DNA from: Hemiscyllium ocellatum
Lineage: Eukaryota
Reading direction: 5' to 3'
DNA: 64,000 bases
NCBI RefSeq assembly: GCF_020745735.1
Contig: NC_083449.1
Span: 5,678,923 to 5,742,922, forward strand
The stretch's first letter is position 1; each line of letters opens with the position of its first letter. Shown in pieces: positions 48,106 through 61,239 of this stretch. A model generated the notes under the pieces. That model searched no databases. It was not told the origin of the DNA and saw nothing but the letters and a program-made list of their open reading frames with translations. The translations under genes and the position numbers were made by a program.

Positions 48106-48579
48106 AAACCGTCTGTCGGATCGAATTACTTTTCTTTTTATCTCCTTTTTATTGAGTACTGTTTCTTCCTGTGGCAGCAGAGGAAGATTATATCATATAA
48201 TACGATTGTAAGGGTGTCTGGAAATACATTATTTCTCATTGCATGGTCACTGCCTGAGTGACCTTGTCTGATCAATGTTCTATGAGTTTAGAGAATAGTG
48301 TCACTTGTTCCCGATCGGGTTTGGCTTCACATTTGCTTTAACTGCATCAGTAAGAGCTGAGTCCTCCCACTGCCTGTGCAGCATATACCTCTGCAATTTA
48401 TTCTCTGCTCGTTTCATATGCACTCTTTTTTTTCGCCAGCCTCTGGAGAGAGGGCGTGTTCAACAGCAGTCAGTCATCTTTCAGCTGTAAAAGGAGGGAA
48501 TGTGGTAAAGTGAGATCGTAGGAAGTTTCGTTTCGTAATCGAAAAACCAATCAACGTGTACGTAGTCGTGCATCTACCT

Positions 48580-48905
48580 GATCTTTTATGCGTGATGGTG
48601 GGTATTTTCAAATTTGAAAATAAGCCGTTGATCTCTTGGCGCCATTTTTTCCCTTTTCTCTCCAACCTCCACCTCACCATAAGCCATGTTAACGCAAAGG
48701 GAGTCAATGAGGAGATGTTTTTTTTCCCCCTGAAATATCTAACCCAATAAAAAAAATTGATGTGAACATCACTCATCTACTTATATTTCCGCAATCCCTG
48801 AATGAAGATCTCAGTAGTTGCAAATTCACTGCCGCTGCCTTCTGTTTTTGTTTTTAACTAAATTCCAAGAGAAATACTGTACTAATATCCCCTATCGCTT
48901 CCTGC
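48580..48905 (-). promoter_or_regulatory. Orphan promoter-like module, inverted paralog of 19255-19540
   Basis: Palindrome TATTTTCAAATTTGAAAATA at 48603-48622 and TTGGCGCCATTTT near 48636. The TATA box is altered to CATAAAAG. Confidence 0.5.
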
Positions 48906-51165
48906 TCTCTACTGCCTTCCAAAGGTAGATAAAGCCAACACACCAGGACGTCCCATTGTGTCGGACAATGTAACCCTACGTGAGAGTCTCTCTGGATGTG
49001 TGGAAGGCATCTTGAAACCTATTGTCCAGGGGATCTCCAGCTTCTGTCACGACACTATGGATTTCTTACAGAAACTCAGCACCCACGGACCAGTTGAACA
49101 ATGGACTTTTCCACACTCTACACCAGCATTCCCCGCAGTGATGGCATCGCGGCAACAGCCTTAGTACTCAGCACCAACAACTGCCAATCTCCAAACAACA
49201 TCCTACAACTCATCCGCTTTATGCTCGATCACAACGTCTTCACCTTTGACAACCAATTCTTCATCCAGACACATGGAACAGCCTTTGGGACCAAATGTGC
49301 CCCCCCAATATGACAACATTTTTGTGCACAGGTTCCATCAAGGCTTCTTCTCTATGTAGGATCTCCAACCAAAATTGTACACCAGGTACATTGACAACAT
49401 TTTCTTCCTCTGGACCCATGGTGAGGAGTCACTGTGACATCAACAAGTTTCATCCCACCATCAAATTCACCATGGACTACTCTCGACTATCTGTCTCATT
49501 CTTAGACACATGCATCTCCATCGAGGATGGACACCTCAGCACCACACTCTACCACACACCCACAGACAACCTCACAATGCTACACTTCTCCAGCTTCCAC
49601 CCAAAACATATTAAAACAGCCATCCCCTATGGATAAGCCCTACGCATATACCGGATCTGTTCAGATGAGGAGGAATGTGACAGACACCTGGAAGTACTCG
49701 GGGATGCCCTCACAAGAACGGGGTATGATTCTCAACTCATCGACCACCAGTTCCGACATGCCACAGCAAGGAACCGTAATTATCTCCTCAGGAGACAGAC
49801 ATGTGCTGCGACTGACATAGTATCCTTCATTGTTCAGTATTTCCTAGGAGCTGAAAAACTATGCCATATTCTTCATGACTTACAACACATTATCATTGAG
49901 GATGAGCACCTCACCAAGACCTTCCCCACACCTCCACTACTTGCCTTTAAACAACTGCCAAACTTCAAACAAATCATTGTTTAGCAAGCTGCCCAGCTCT
50001 CAGGATAACTCCATACGACCCTGTCACAGTAGGCGCTGCAAGACATGTCAGAGTGTGGACATAGATACCACCATTACGCGTGGGGACACCTCCCACCTTG
50101 TACATGGCAGGTACTCATGTGACTCAGCCAACGGTGACTATCTTATACGTTGCAGGCAAAGATGCCTGGAGGCATGTTACATCAGGGAAACAAAGCAAAG
50201 GCTACGACAACAGATGAATGGGCACCACACAACAATCAACAGACAGGAGTGTTCCTTCCCAGTTGGAGAACACTTCAATGGCCCAGGACGTTCGACCTGG
50301 ACCTTCAGGTGATCATCCTCCAAGGCAGATTCGGGACAAGCAGTAGTGAAAAGTGGTCGAGCAGAGGCTGATAGCTAAGTTCAGGACCCAGAGGGAGGGC
50401 CTCAACCGGGACCTTGGGTTCATATCACATTACAGGTGACCACCATTGTACTATAAACACACAGAGATACTCCTACACACACACTCACACACACTTACAT
50501 AGGCACTCCTGATACACACGGACACACATATTAACAGAAGTGCACACATACACCCACACACTCACACATGCACCCCCTCACAGACTTAAGAAACTCTGCA
50601 CTCACTACACACACAATTTTTCACACTCACACCTCCCAACCCAGACAGACACAGACACACACACACAAAGATCCACATGCACACACATATTCTGTGGGGT
50701 GAATTTGTACTTGCAAGGTTACCTTGTACTTTACTCAAAAACTGTATGCATTCATGTAGAATTCTGAGCTCAAAAACTGCATGAATTCATGTAAAACTCC
50801 GTTTTCTCACTTTTTAGATTAGAATCAATCTAAACATCCTGGCATAGACAGAGAAGACGGGGGCGAACATCTTCAACATATTGTCGAGCTATCACCATTG
50901 TTAACAGCTAACCTGAGAATGCAACTTTATTTTAAAAAGTTTTGTAATTTACACATGAAAGAAGTGAAACTATCATGATATTCTAACAGATGAAAGGCAT
51001 AACAGGCAATTAATTTTTCAATGTATAATTTCAGTTCCATCACACTGTAAATTTTTGCTATAAATTCTGTGTGTTAGGATTGAGCCCTCCACTACCACCT
51101 GATGAAGGAGCGATGCTCCGAAAGCTAGTGTGCTTCCAATTCAACCTGTTGTGTGATTTTAAACT
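48906..51165 (+). mobile_element. Decayed Penelope-like element (RT, GIY-YIG, (CA)-rich 3' region, hammerhead, tail)
   Basis: LPKVDK..PGRPIVS, QTHGTAFGTK, INKFHPTIKFT, PCHSRRCKTC, YIRETKQRL. Many frameshifts. Confidence 0.88.
51096..51130 (+). ncRNA. Minimal type I hammerhead ribozyme (third PLE family)
   Basis: CAC-CTGATGA-a-GGAGC gat GCTCC-GAAAG-CTA-GTG. Helix III is the AGCT palindrome. Confidence 0.75.
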
Positions 51166-51200
51166 TTTCTCCCCAACGCTGACTGTCCCTGAGTAGAGGA

Positions 51201-51396
51201 GCGCATGCGTGAGGCCCTCCCCCAGCGCTGCCATTGAGGAGCATTTACTCAGTGAGTGCAAGAGGTTTGTTCGAAACAGACCGCAATGGAGAGATCAGCG
51301 CCCAGGGAAGCGAGGGAACAGCAGGCTCCTTCCAGCAGCACATCGGGATGGGAGCCTGGGACACAGAGGGGGCTCCGAGACCGGGATTGATTCGGG
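51201..51396 (+). promoter_or_regulatory. NRF1-site CpG promoter and candidate first exon (copy 2)
   Basis: GCGCATGCGT at 51201, gcaATGG at 51286 opening a 34-codon ORF to 51390, and donor CGGG|gtgagt at 51396/51397. Confidence 0.5.
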
Positions 51397-52162
51397 GTGA
51401 GTTCAGGGAGAACCGGGGGCTGTTTGTAAGGGGCCGAGCGGAGCAGGAACTGGTCCCGGAACTTGGAGTGAGCGGGCTGGGGGGAAGAGAGCGGCCTTTC
51501 TCGGGCTGTGTGTGGGCCTGCTGTGGGAGACAGAGCGGGAAGAAGCTGCTGTGGGACATTCTTGTGGCTTACAATCCTCTGATCCCGGTCTTAATTTCAA
51601 TCTGTTTCCCGCTGTTTCTTGAGGTTGTGTGGACCAACTGTAGGAATAGGATACTCTTGGAAAAGGACATTCTCTGGGGTCTTGGTAAAAACATTAGAAA
51701 CAGTGCCGTTTTTCCTATTTCCAACAGGTAGTTGGGCAATTGGATGTTGAACTGTGTAAGCGTGCTGGTAGTTGAGTATTCCCATTCATGGTGCTGCGCA
51801 TTTGTTGCTCAGTTTCTGGATTTCACTCAACTGATATCAACTTAAAAAATCACACAACACCAGGTTCTCATCCAAAAGGTTTTTTGGAAGCACTTGATGT
51901 GTAACATTGTGCACCCCAGTCCAACACCAACATCTCCAAATCAACTGGTATCGAAACACATGAAAACCAAACAATCCCCAGACAGAGAGCAGCTCAGGGC
52001 AACAATGGAATCAGATCCGTGTTTCTTGTTAAGTGGTTGGCTTTAAAGAAAAAAAACCCACATATCTTAACGAAGATGCAATGAATGTGACAATGATCAG
52101 TTCAATATTGCCAGACTAGCCTCTTGTTGATTTACAGGTGGTGTCCCTGTGTCTTCCTCCAG

Positions 52163-52244
52163 AAAAACACCTGAGGGACTAAGACACTGTAATACTTCCT
52201 CAGTTCAAAGCAAAGAGTGACCAGCTGTCTCTAACAAACGGAAG
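52163..52244 (+). other. Repeated 82-nt candidate exon, copy E
   Basis: tccctgtgtcttcctccag|AAAAACAC...AACGGAAG|gtatgt. Confidence 0.5.
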
Positions 52245-53984
52245 GTATGTAGCCCATTGATGTTTACACACCAGTGTTGAAGATAGATAAACTGAATCCT
52301 CATCCAAAATAGACATGAAGGAACAACATTAAAATCTGCAATTATTAAGAGCATTTTCAAAGTTACAACGAAGGTAGACAAATAGGCCACATCGTTGCAT
52401 TGTTTCAACAACCATCCATGAAGGAGGGGTTAAGTACAGAGATGGAGGGAAACTGTGCTCACTGACAGGGCAAGAGTTACTGAAGAGTCGTCGACTCAGA
52501 GACGTATAGTATGGAAACAGACACTTCGGTCCAACATGTCCATGCCAACCAGGTATTCTAACCTAACCATTCCCATTTGCCAGCACTTAGCCCATCTCTC
52601 TCTCAAACCTTTCCTGTTAAAGTACAGATTTCAGACAGCCCAGGGAATCCCTTGGGGACTCAGATCTATAAGCTTCTCTTGGTTTGTCCTGGAGGTCATA
52701 CACTTTGATAGTCTGGAATAAAAACCTCTTACAAACAGTTTAGTTTAATTTTAGCCTTCCCCTTTATTTACCAATAGTATCAGTGTTACAACATAACATT
52801 GACACCTATAAATCAGGCTAGCTGAGCTTCTTAAACCTTAGAAAAGTAGGATACCAGCTCTTCCTTTAAGAGCCCCCACAGACTACTCCACTCTTCTGTC
52901 TCAAACAGGCTTTCTTTTTACAATACTTGACAAAAAAACACTGCATGTTCTTAATTAGACAGACAGTGGAAAGGCAATAATTTGTAAGGAAGAGAAGTTA
53001 ATTAACAGGTCTGTGAGCGCTTTACTGATCGCTCCTGTAAGCCCTCAGCCATCCATCAGGTGGGAAAAATAGATCCAGCTGAGTCACTGTCTGTTGGTGA
53101 GGCAAGTCCCTGTCATAAAGAGGTATCAGTCTAAACTAAGTGGGAGAGGTCATAAGGTAACCTTGCACAGCTTGCATGTCAGAGATCATTGTTTTATAAA
53201 ATGGCATCTTAGCGAGGAGGGCAAACTGACCATAACATGGCTTCCTGACAGATTGTGTCAGAATCTCTTCAATGTTCGGTTTAGAATAATTTTTAAGGTA
53301 GGAGCAGACTCCTTTTTTTTATCTTAAGCACAAAATCATTCCGTAACTGAGGCTGAAAGGTTAAGTTTTAAAAGATTCATAAGTCTCAAATTAAACATGC
53401 TTTCTTTTCAGGGTTGGGTTTCAAATTCAAAGACGACAGAAGGTCTGACGAGTTAGAATTGACAGAGGGTCAGTCGTGTTGTGTAGGAACACCAAGTAAG
53501 TTAAAGATTAGATTAGATTATTTACAGCATGGAAGCAGGTCCTTCAGCCTAACAAGTGCTTCATCAGTATTACATTTTAGAGTTTGTATTTCATAATCAG
53601 TGGTGGCTACTCAAAATCATCATAAAGTCCCAAAATACAAATAAATTCCAAACATTCATCACTCTCTCACTCTCACATACTCTCTCACACATACTCCCAC
53701 ACACACTCTCCCTCTCAGGCGCGCACATGAACACACACAGACACACACAGTTCATTACAAGGCTTTTGACACGCTTCTGAAATGATACAAAGTTTCCGAG
53801 ATCACAATCAAACACTTCATTAAATTCATAGGTTTTTGTTAAGGCAAATGTTCTTATTTGCTTTAGAGCATTTTGTTATCACTTGGTGAGAACAGATGTT
53901 TTTTATCTTCTGCAGGTCCTAGGTTCCCCCTTTTGTGGCCTGATGCCTCCCTGCCTGCCCTGTTTATTTTCTTGTGTTCTATAA

Positions 53985-55780
53985 TTCCATATAGTTGAAG
54001 CTGTCAGGGATAGAGTGATGATTGCACAAACACATTCACATTGCAGAAACAGACAGGTACATTTTGATAATACACTCTCATATTCCCAGAGGCAAGTCTG
54101 ACAGGTATATATTGATAACTACATTCTTACATTCACCTAGAACCTAATGAGGCAGATTGATAACTAACATCACATTGACATAGCAAAAGCTGACAGGTAG
54201 AGACTGATAATGACACTCATATTCACACAGCAGAATCTGACATCGGCAGATAGATTATTGGACCGTCACCTTCACGTCACAGAAACTGACAGGGTGTGAT
54301 AGATAACTAGACAGTCATATTCAAATTGGAGAGACTGATGGACAGATCAATAGCGACACTTCCATATTCACAGATCTGAAACTGACAGGTACAGATGGAT
54401 AGGTGAAAGTGAGGACTGCAGATGCTGGAAATTAGAGTCAGGAATGTGGTGCCGGAAAAGCACAGCAGGTCAGGAAGCATCCAAGGAGCAGAAGAATTGA
54501 GGTTTTGGCTAAAAGCTCTTCATCAGTACAGATGGATAAGTAAACCATACATTGACATAGCAGAAACTGACAGGGAAAGATTGACAACCACACTCATGCA
54601 TTCATGCTGCAGAAAGCAAAAGGTACATTTCAATACAGACCCCCACATGTTCACTTGGCAGAAGATGGCAGGTAGATATTGATAACAATGTTCACATTTT
54701 AACAATGCTGAAACTGACATGGACAGATTGATAATTAAACAATCACATTCACAGAGCAAAAACTGTCATATTCACATAGCAGAAACCAACAGATAACTTC
54801 ACTCAAGTTTGCATGGATGAGAACCTTATTGGGAGAGAGTAATGCCTCTACTTGTATATTCAGTGAGTGGAAACCCACAGGTAAAGGCAGATAATTTCAC
54901 TCAAGTATGCACATCGCAGAAACTGACAGGGAGAGAGTGATAACTGTACTCACATATTCAGAATCTGCGAGTTGCAGATTGATATAGGCTCTCATTGTAA
55001 GTATGAAATGGTTGTGCTAGTGGGGTGGCACAGTGGCTCAGTGGTTAGCACTGCTGCCTCACAGCAACAGGGTCCTCGGTTCAATTCCAGCCTTGGGTGA
55101 CTGTCTGTGTGCAGAAGCTGATATTCATAGGGTATGGGAGTGGAGGGCAGTGAGACCTACCTGTGTCTGTCCAAAGTCCAGCACATTCAAAATTGTAGGT
55201 ACTACATGAAACACATTCATATTTCAATGGATGACACCTACAGAGTAAAAGAAGTTACACTTAAAAAGGTTTGAGTTATAGTCCAGTCACATACTGACAT
55301 GTAAAGACTGTGAAATAGAATTTAGATCCCAGAAACAGACGTGCACAGATTGGTGTCGAGAGTGTGGTGCTGGAAAAGCACAGTAGATCAGCCAGCATCC
55401 GGGAAAGAGGAGAATCAATGTATCGGGCATTAGCGCTTCATCTCGGCGTTTCAGGCATAAACCCTCTCATCCTCAGCATCTGTAGTCCTCACTTCTCCTT
55501 GGGGCACAGATTGCAGGAATATTTCTAAGTGGCTGGCAAATAGCATAACATATTACTGCTTACATCAATGCTTGATGGATACAGAATAAAACCTCTCGAA
55601 GTAACACTAATTGACTATTAAACAGAGGACCAGAGTCTGAATGGACAGATGTTAACTTAATGCAAAATGTGTAAATAAGGACACGACAGATACAAAATTA
55701 AAGTGACACATATATAGCATGCTAACAGTTGCTGGTTAACAGGTATTCGCGTAACACTGAGAAATGCTATAAATCCCTAC
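53985..55780 (+). repeat. Third, gene-less copy of the H2B upstream segment (49-bp array and flank)
   Basis: Colinear with 39400-40490 plus 41355-42090 and with 61300-62970. Ends at a CR1 3' tail before the H2B promoter. Confidence 0.82.
54402..54525 (-). mobile_element. 124-bp solo hammerhead-plus-tail Penelope mini-element
   Basis: TSD GTACAGATGGATA at 54389-54401 and 54526-54538. The element 5' end coincides with CTGATGA. Confidence 0.8.
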
Positions 55781-57168
55781 ATAGAGTCATAGAGATGTAC
55801 AGCATAGAAACAGACCCTTTGGTCCAACCTGTCCATGCCAACTAGATATCACAACCCAATCTAGTCCCACCTGCCAGCACCCAGTCCATATCCCTTCAAA
55901 CCCTTCCTACTCATGTACCCATCCAAATGTCTCTTAAATGTTGCAATTATGCTAGCCTCCACCACTTCCTCTGGCAGCTCATTCCATACATGTACCACCC
56001 TCTGTGTGAAAAAGTTAACCTTTAGATCTCTTTTATATCTTTCCTCTCTCAACCTAAACCTATGCCCTCTAGTTCTGGACTCCCCGACCCCAGGGAAAAG
56101 ACTTGGACTATTTATCCTATCCACGTCCCTCATAATTTTGTAGATCTCTACAATGTCACCCCTCAGCCTCTGACACTCCAGGGAAAACAGCCCCAGCCTG
56201 TTCAGCCTCTCCCTATAGCTCAAATCCACTAACCCTGGCAACATCCTTGTAAATCTTTTCTGAACCCTTTCAAGTTTCACGACATCTTTCCGATAGGAAG
56301 GAGACCATAATTGCATGCAATATTCCATTAGTGGCCTAACCAATGTCCTGTACAGCCGCAACATGACTTCCCAACTCCTGTACTCAATACTCTGACCAAT
56401 AAAGGAAAGCATACCGAATGCCTCGTTCACTATCCTAGCTACCTGTGACTCCACTTTCAAGGAGCTATGAACCTGCACTCCAAGGTCTCTTGGTTCAGCA
56501 CCACTCCCTGGGACCTTACCATTCAGTGTATAAGTCTTGCTAAGATTTGCTTTCCCAAAATGCAGCACCTCGCATTTATCTGAATTAAACTCCACCCGCC
56601 ACTTCTCAGCCCATTGGCCCATCTGGTCCAGATCCTGTTGTAATCTGAGGTAACCCTCTTCGCTGTCCACTACACCTCCAATTTTGGAGTCATCTGCAAA
56701 CTTACTAACTGTCCCTCTTTTGCTCGCTTTATGTAATCATTTATGGAAATGATAAAAAGTAGAGGGCCCAGCACCGATCCTTGTGGCTTTCCACTGGTTA
56801 CAGGCCTCCAGTCTGAAAATCAACCCTCTACCACCACCCTCTGTCTTCTACTTTTGAGTCAGTTCTGTATCCAAATGGCTAGTTCTCACTGTGTTCCATG
56901 AGATCTAATTTTGCTAATCAGTCTCCCATGGGGAACCTTGTCAAGTGCCTTACTGAAGTCCATATAGATCACATCAACTGCTCTGCCCTCATCAATCTTC
57001 TTTGTTACTTCTTCAAAAAACTCAATCAAGTTTGTGAGACATGATTTCACACGCACAAAACCATGGTGACTATCCCGAATCAGTTGTTGCCTTTCCAAAT
57101 GCATGTACATCCTGTCCCTCTGGATTCCCTCCAACAACTAGTCCACCACCAAGGTCAGGCTCCACATC
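55781..57168 (-). mobile_element. CR1 LINE RT fragment
   Basis: ORFs 55861-56670 and 56886-57137. (ctatgact) tail. Confidence 0.92.
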
Positions 57169-57169
57169 A

Positions 57170-58137
57170 GTTCTCACTAATTCAGGAAGTGTATTTTTGA
57201 ACTCCTGTCCAAATGCCAATTTCCAAAGTTTAAAATCCCTCCCTTTCTTCCTTTCCTTTCTCTCCTTTTCTCTCTCTCCTCGCTCTCTCTTCTGCATTTA
57301 ATCATAATTCAAAAGATTTCATTTCTGATGCCCTGTCCTTGTCTTTTGCCTCGAACCCAAGTTGCTGCATTTTCCATTGAATGTTAGCCATCTCTGAAGA
57401 TTCTGATGGTGTTTTCAACAAATATAAATGCTGAGCTACTGCTGTAATTATCTCTCCTTTCCTCATGGTAGGACATAGATTGAATCCCAGATTAACTGCT
57501 TATTCCAGCATCTTACCCTTCATCACCTTTTGTAAAAGCCCCCAAATCACTTCTTCCACCCCCACAGAAAACTCTTGTTGACTGAAAGAGCCATTGCTCT
57601 CCCAAACACTGTTTAAACCAACTGAATTAAACCACTCGCTGCCTTCAAGTCCAACAACCCTAATCCCAAATCAGAACTACAGAACAAATCCTGCAAAGAG
57701 CCTCCTAACTGGTATGGACCAGGCCAGACCCCCTCAAAACTTTTCAAGTAGTCTGGAACCGAACTTTGCTAGTTGGTTTAAGCAGGTGTAACGCGGATAT
57801 TCCAGGAGTGATGTAGCTGGTCAAACCACGTAGTCTTAAACAAAACAGAACTGATTTACAAGATTATCAAATGAAACACAAACAAATGCTCCTATGCCTT
57901 AAAAGAGAACAGAATACTGAATAAATTAACCTATCCAAAAACCCTACAGATTATGCCAACTTAATGATACTGTTCCCAACACTTGCAACAATCCCCACAA
58001 ACGCCCCTTGGCACAAAAAGTAAAATCATACACAGTCGTACAGGACAGATGTCAGAGAGAGAGAGTACCAGCATGGACCGGCTTCTTTGGGTTCAGCAGC
58101 TGTTCCAACTGCCTGACTGCTTTCAGTCAATAGCCAA
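57170..58137 (-). mobile_element. Gypsy LTR/gag remnant without the L1 insertion
   Basis: Paralog of 26960-27809 plus 33638-33740. Confidence 0.75.
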
Positions 58138-58502
58138 GAGTCAAACACCACCGAGGAAACGAAAGTTTATATTTTTAAATCTATATTCTACATGCATCCT
58201 ACCCAGTTTCAATCAACTTGAATGAATTCTCTTCCAAAATATACACTGCATTAAAATCTGAGCATGGAACAGTGCAGGACAGGAACGGGTCCTTCAGCCC
58301 ACCGTGCTGTGCCGAACATGCCGCCAAAATGCAATTAATCCCTTCTCCCTGGCCTTGGTCCATAACCCTCTATTTCTTACATATTCATTTGCTTACCTAA
58401 AAGTCCTTTCAATACCCTTGTTGTATCTTCCTCCATCTCCACCCCAGGCAGTGTGTTCCACTGCTACCACTCCCTTTGTTTAAAAATAAAACTGCCCTTA
58501 TG

Positions 58503-60640
58503 TCTCATAGAGTCATAGAGATGTACAGCATGGAAACAGACCCTTTGCTCCAACCAGTCCATGCCGACCAGATATCCCAACCCAATCTACTCCCGCTGCC
58601 AGCACCTGGCCCATATCCTTCCAAACCCTTCTTAATCATATACCCATCCAAACGCCTCTTAAATATTGCAATTGTACCAGCCTCCACCACTTCCTCTGGC
58701 AGCTCATTCCATACCTGTACTACCCTCTGTGTGAAAAAGTTGTCCCTTAGGGCTTTTTAAAATCTTTCCCTCTTAAGTATTCTGCTTTTCCTTTATATGC
58801 TTCTAAGGATTCACTCGATCTATCCTGTCCATAACTGACATATGCTTCCTTCTTTTTCTTAACCAAACCCTCAATTTCTTTAGTCATCCAGCATTCCCTC
58901 ACAGTCTTTCCTTTCATCCTGACAGGAATATACATTCTCTGGATTCTTGTTATCTCATTTCGGAAGGCTTCCCATTTTCCAGCCATCCCTTTACCTGTGA
59001 ACATCTGTCCCCAATCAGCTTTCAAAAGTTCTTGCCTAATACCGTCAAAATTTGCCTTTCTCCAATTGAGAACTTCAACTTTAGATCTGGTCTATCCTTT
59101 TCCATCACTATTTTAAATCTAATAAAAATATGGTCGCTGGCCCAAAGTCTCCCCCACTGACACTTCAGTCACCTGCCCTGCCTTATTTCCTAAGAGTAGG
59201 TCAGGTTTTGCACCTTCTGTTGTAGAAACATCCACATAATGAATCAGAAAATTGTCTTGTATGCGCTCAACAAATTGCTTTCCATTTAAACCCTTGACAC
59301 TATGGCAGTCCCAGTCTATGTTTGAAAAGTTAAAATCCCCTACCATAACCACCCTATTATTCTGACAGATACCTGAGATCTCCTGACAAGTTTGTTTCTC
59401 AATTTCCCTCTGACTATTCGGGGGTCTATCATACAATCCAAATAAGATGATTATCTCTTTCTTATTTCTCAGTTCTACCCAAATAACTTCCCTGGATGTA
59501 TTTCCAGGAATACCCTCCCTCAGCACAGCTGTAATGCTATCCCTTATCATAAATGCCACTACCCCTCCTCTCTTGCCTCCCTTTCTATCCTTCCTGGAGC
59601 ATTTGTATCCTGGAACATTAAGCTGCCAGTCCTATCCATCCCTGAGCAATGTTTCTGTAATTGCTATGATATCCCAGTCCCATGTCCCTAACCATGCCCT
59701 GGCTTCATCTGCTTTCCCTGTTAGGCCCCTTGCTTTGAGGTAAATGCAGTTTATTTTATTAGTCCTACTTTGTCCCTGTTTGCCCTGACTGTTTGACTCA
59801 CTTCTGTTCTCAACTGTACCAGTCTCAGACTGATCTCTTTCCTCACTACTTCCGTGATTCCCACCTTACTAGTTTAAATCCTCCCGAGCAGATCTAGGAA
59901 ATTTCCCTGCCAGTATATTAGTCCCCTTCCAATTTAGGTGCAATCCGTCCTTTTTGTACAGGTCACTTCTACCCCCAAGAGAGATTCCAATGATCCAAAA
60001 ATCTGAATCTTTCCCCATACACCAGTTCCTCAGCAATGCATTCATCTGCTCTATCATCCTACTCCGGCCCTCACTAGCTTGTAGCACTGGGAGTAACCTC
60101 TTTTTAAAATTTCTACCTAACTCTCTATAATCTCCCTTCAGAATTACAACCTTTTCCCTTCCTATGTCATTAGTTCCAATGTGGACAATTCTGATAAATG
60201 TGTTCTAGAATTCCTGAAGAAGGGCTTATGCCCGAAACGTCGATTCTCCTGCTCCTTGGATGCTGCCTGACCTCTGTGTTTTTCCAGCACACATTTTTCA
60301 GCTCTGATCTCCAGCATCTGCAAGTCCTCACTTTCTCCAATGTGGACAATGACCTTTTGTGTCCCCTCTTCCCCCGTGAGAACATTCTGCACCCTCTCTG
60401 AGACATCCTTGATCCTGTCACCAGGGAAGCTACACACCATTCTGCTTTATCGCTGCTGGCCACAGAAACTTCTGTCTGTACCTCAGACTACAGAATCCCC
60501 TCACACAATTGATCTCTGGAAGCCGATGTGTACCTTGTTGCATTAGAGCCAGTCTCAGTACCAGAAACTAGGATTCTCAGGGGAACATGGCATGAACATC
60601 CGTCACCCCATCCACTTTCCAAAACATCATACCTGTCCAA
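58503..60640 (-). mobile_element. Internally deleted esterase-type CR1 (paralog of 36100-38640)
   Basis: DLYKKDGLHLNWKG and VGDFNF..IDW. Same Penelope hairpin insert (partly deleted) at 60190-60336. Confidence 0.85.
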
Positions 60641-61239
60641 AGGGAAATCAAATATTGACATGAAGAGGTTATTGGACACAGAGTGAGAAAGCTCTCATAA
60701 AGTGGTCTGGTTATAAACAAGTGAACAATAAATTCAAAATACAGATGCAGAATATAACTTACAATCAAAAACTATACCAAAAGTTGTGAAATTATCCAAA
60801 CTGCTTTACACTGTCAACACTGACAATGGTAGAAAAGGTCTCACTTTCATTTATAGGACATAGAATTTCTCCAGTGCAGAGAGAGGTAATTTGGCCCATC
60901 CCCCTGCAACAACTCTCCAAAGCAGATCCCACCCAGTATCCATAACTCCATGTTTACCATATTTAACCCACCGACACTGCACATGTTTGGACCATGCAAA
61001 GAAACGAGAGCACTCAGAGGAAATTCACGGAGACATGGGCAGAATGTGCAAACTGCACACAGATAATGAACTAAGGCTGGAATTGAATGTGTGTCCCTGG
61101 CACCACTGTGCCACCCTGACATGGATGGCAATAGATAAAATCTTATTCGTGTTGAGCAACAGAGATTTGAAGTAAATAGAGTTCCTGCAGTTTCTTCAAG
61201 TGTCATGTTAAACAGAGACAAATGTGTAAGTACACTCAC

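Noticed and set aside
52625-53510. Possible LTR-like or other element
   Set aside because: I could not identify termini, a TSD or coding motifs, so it is left unannotated.
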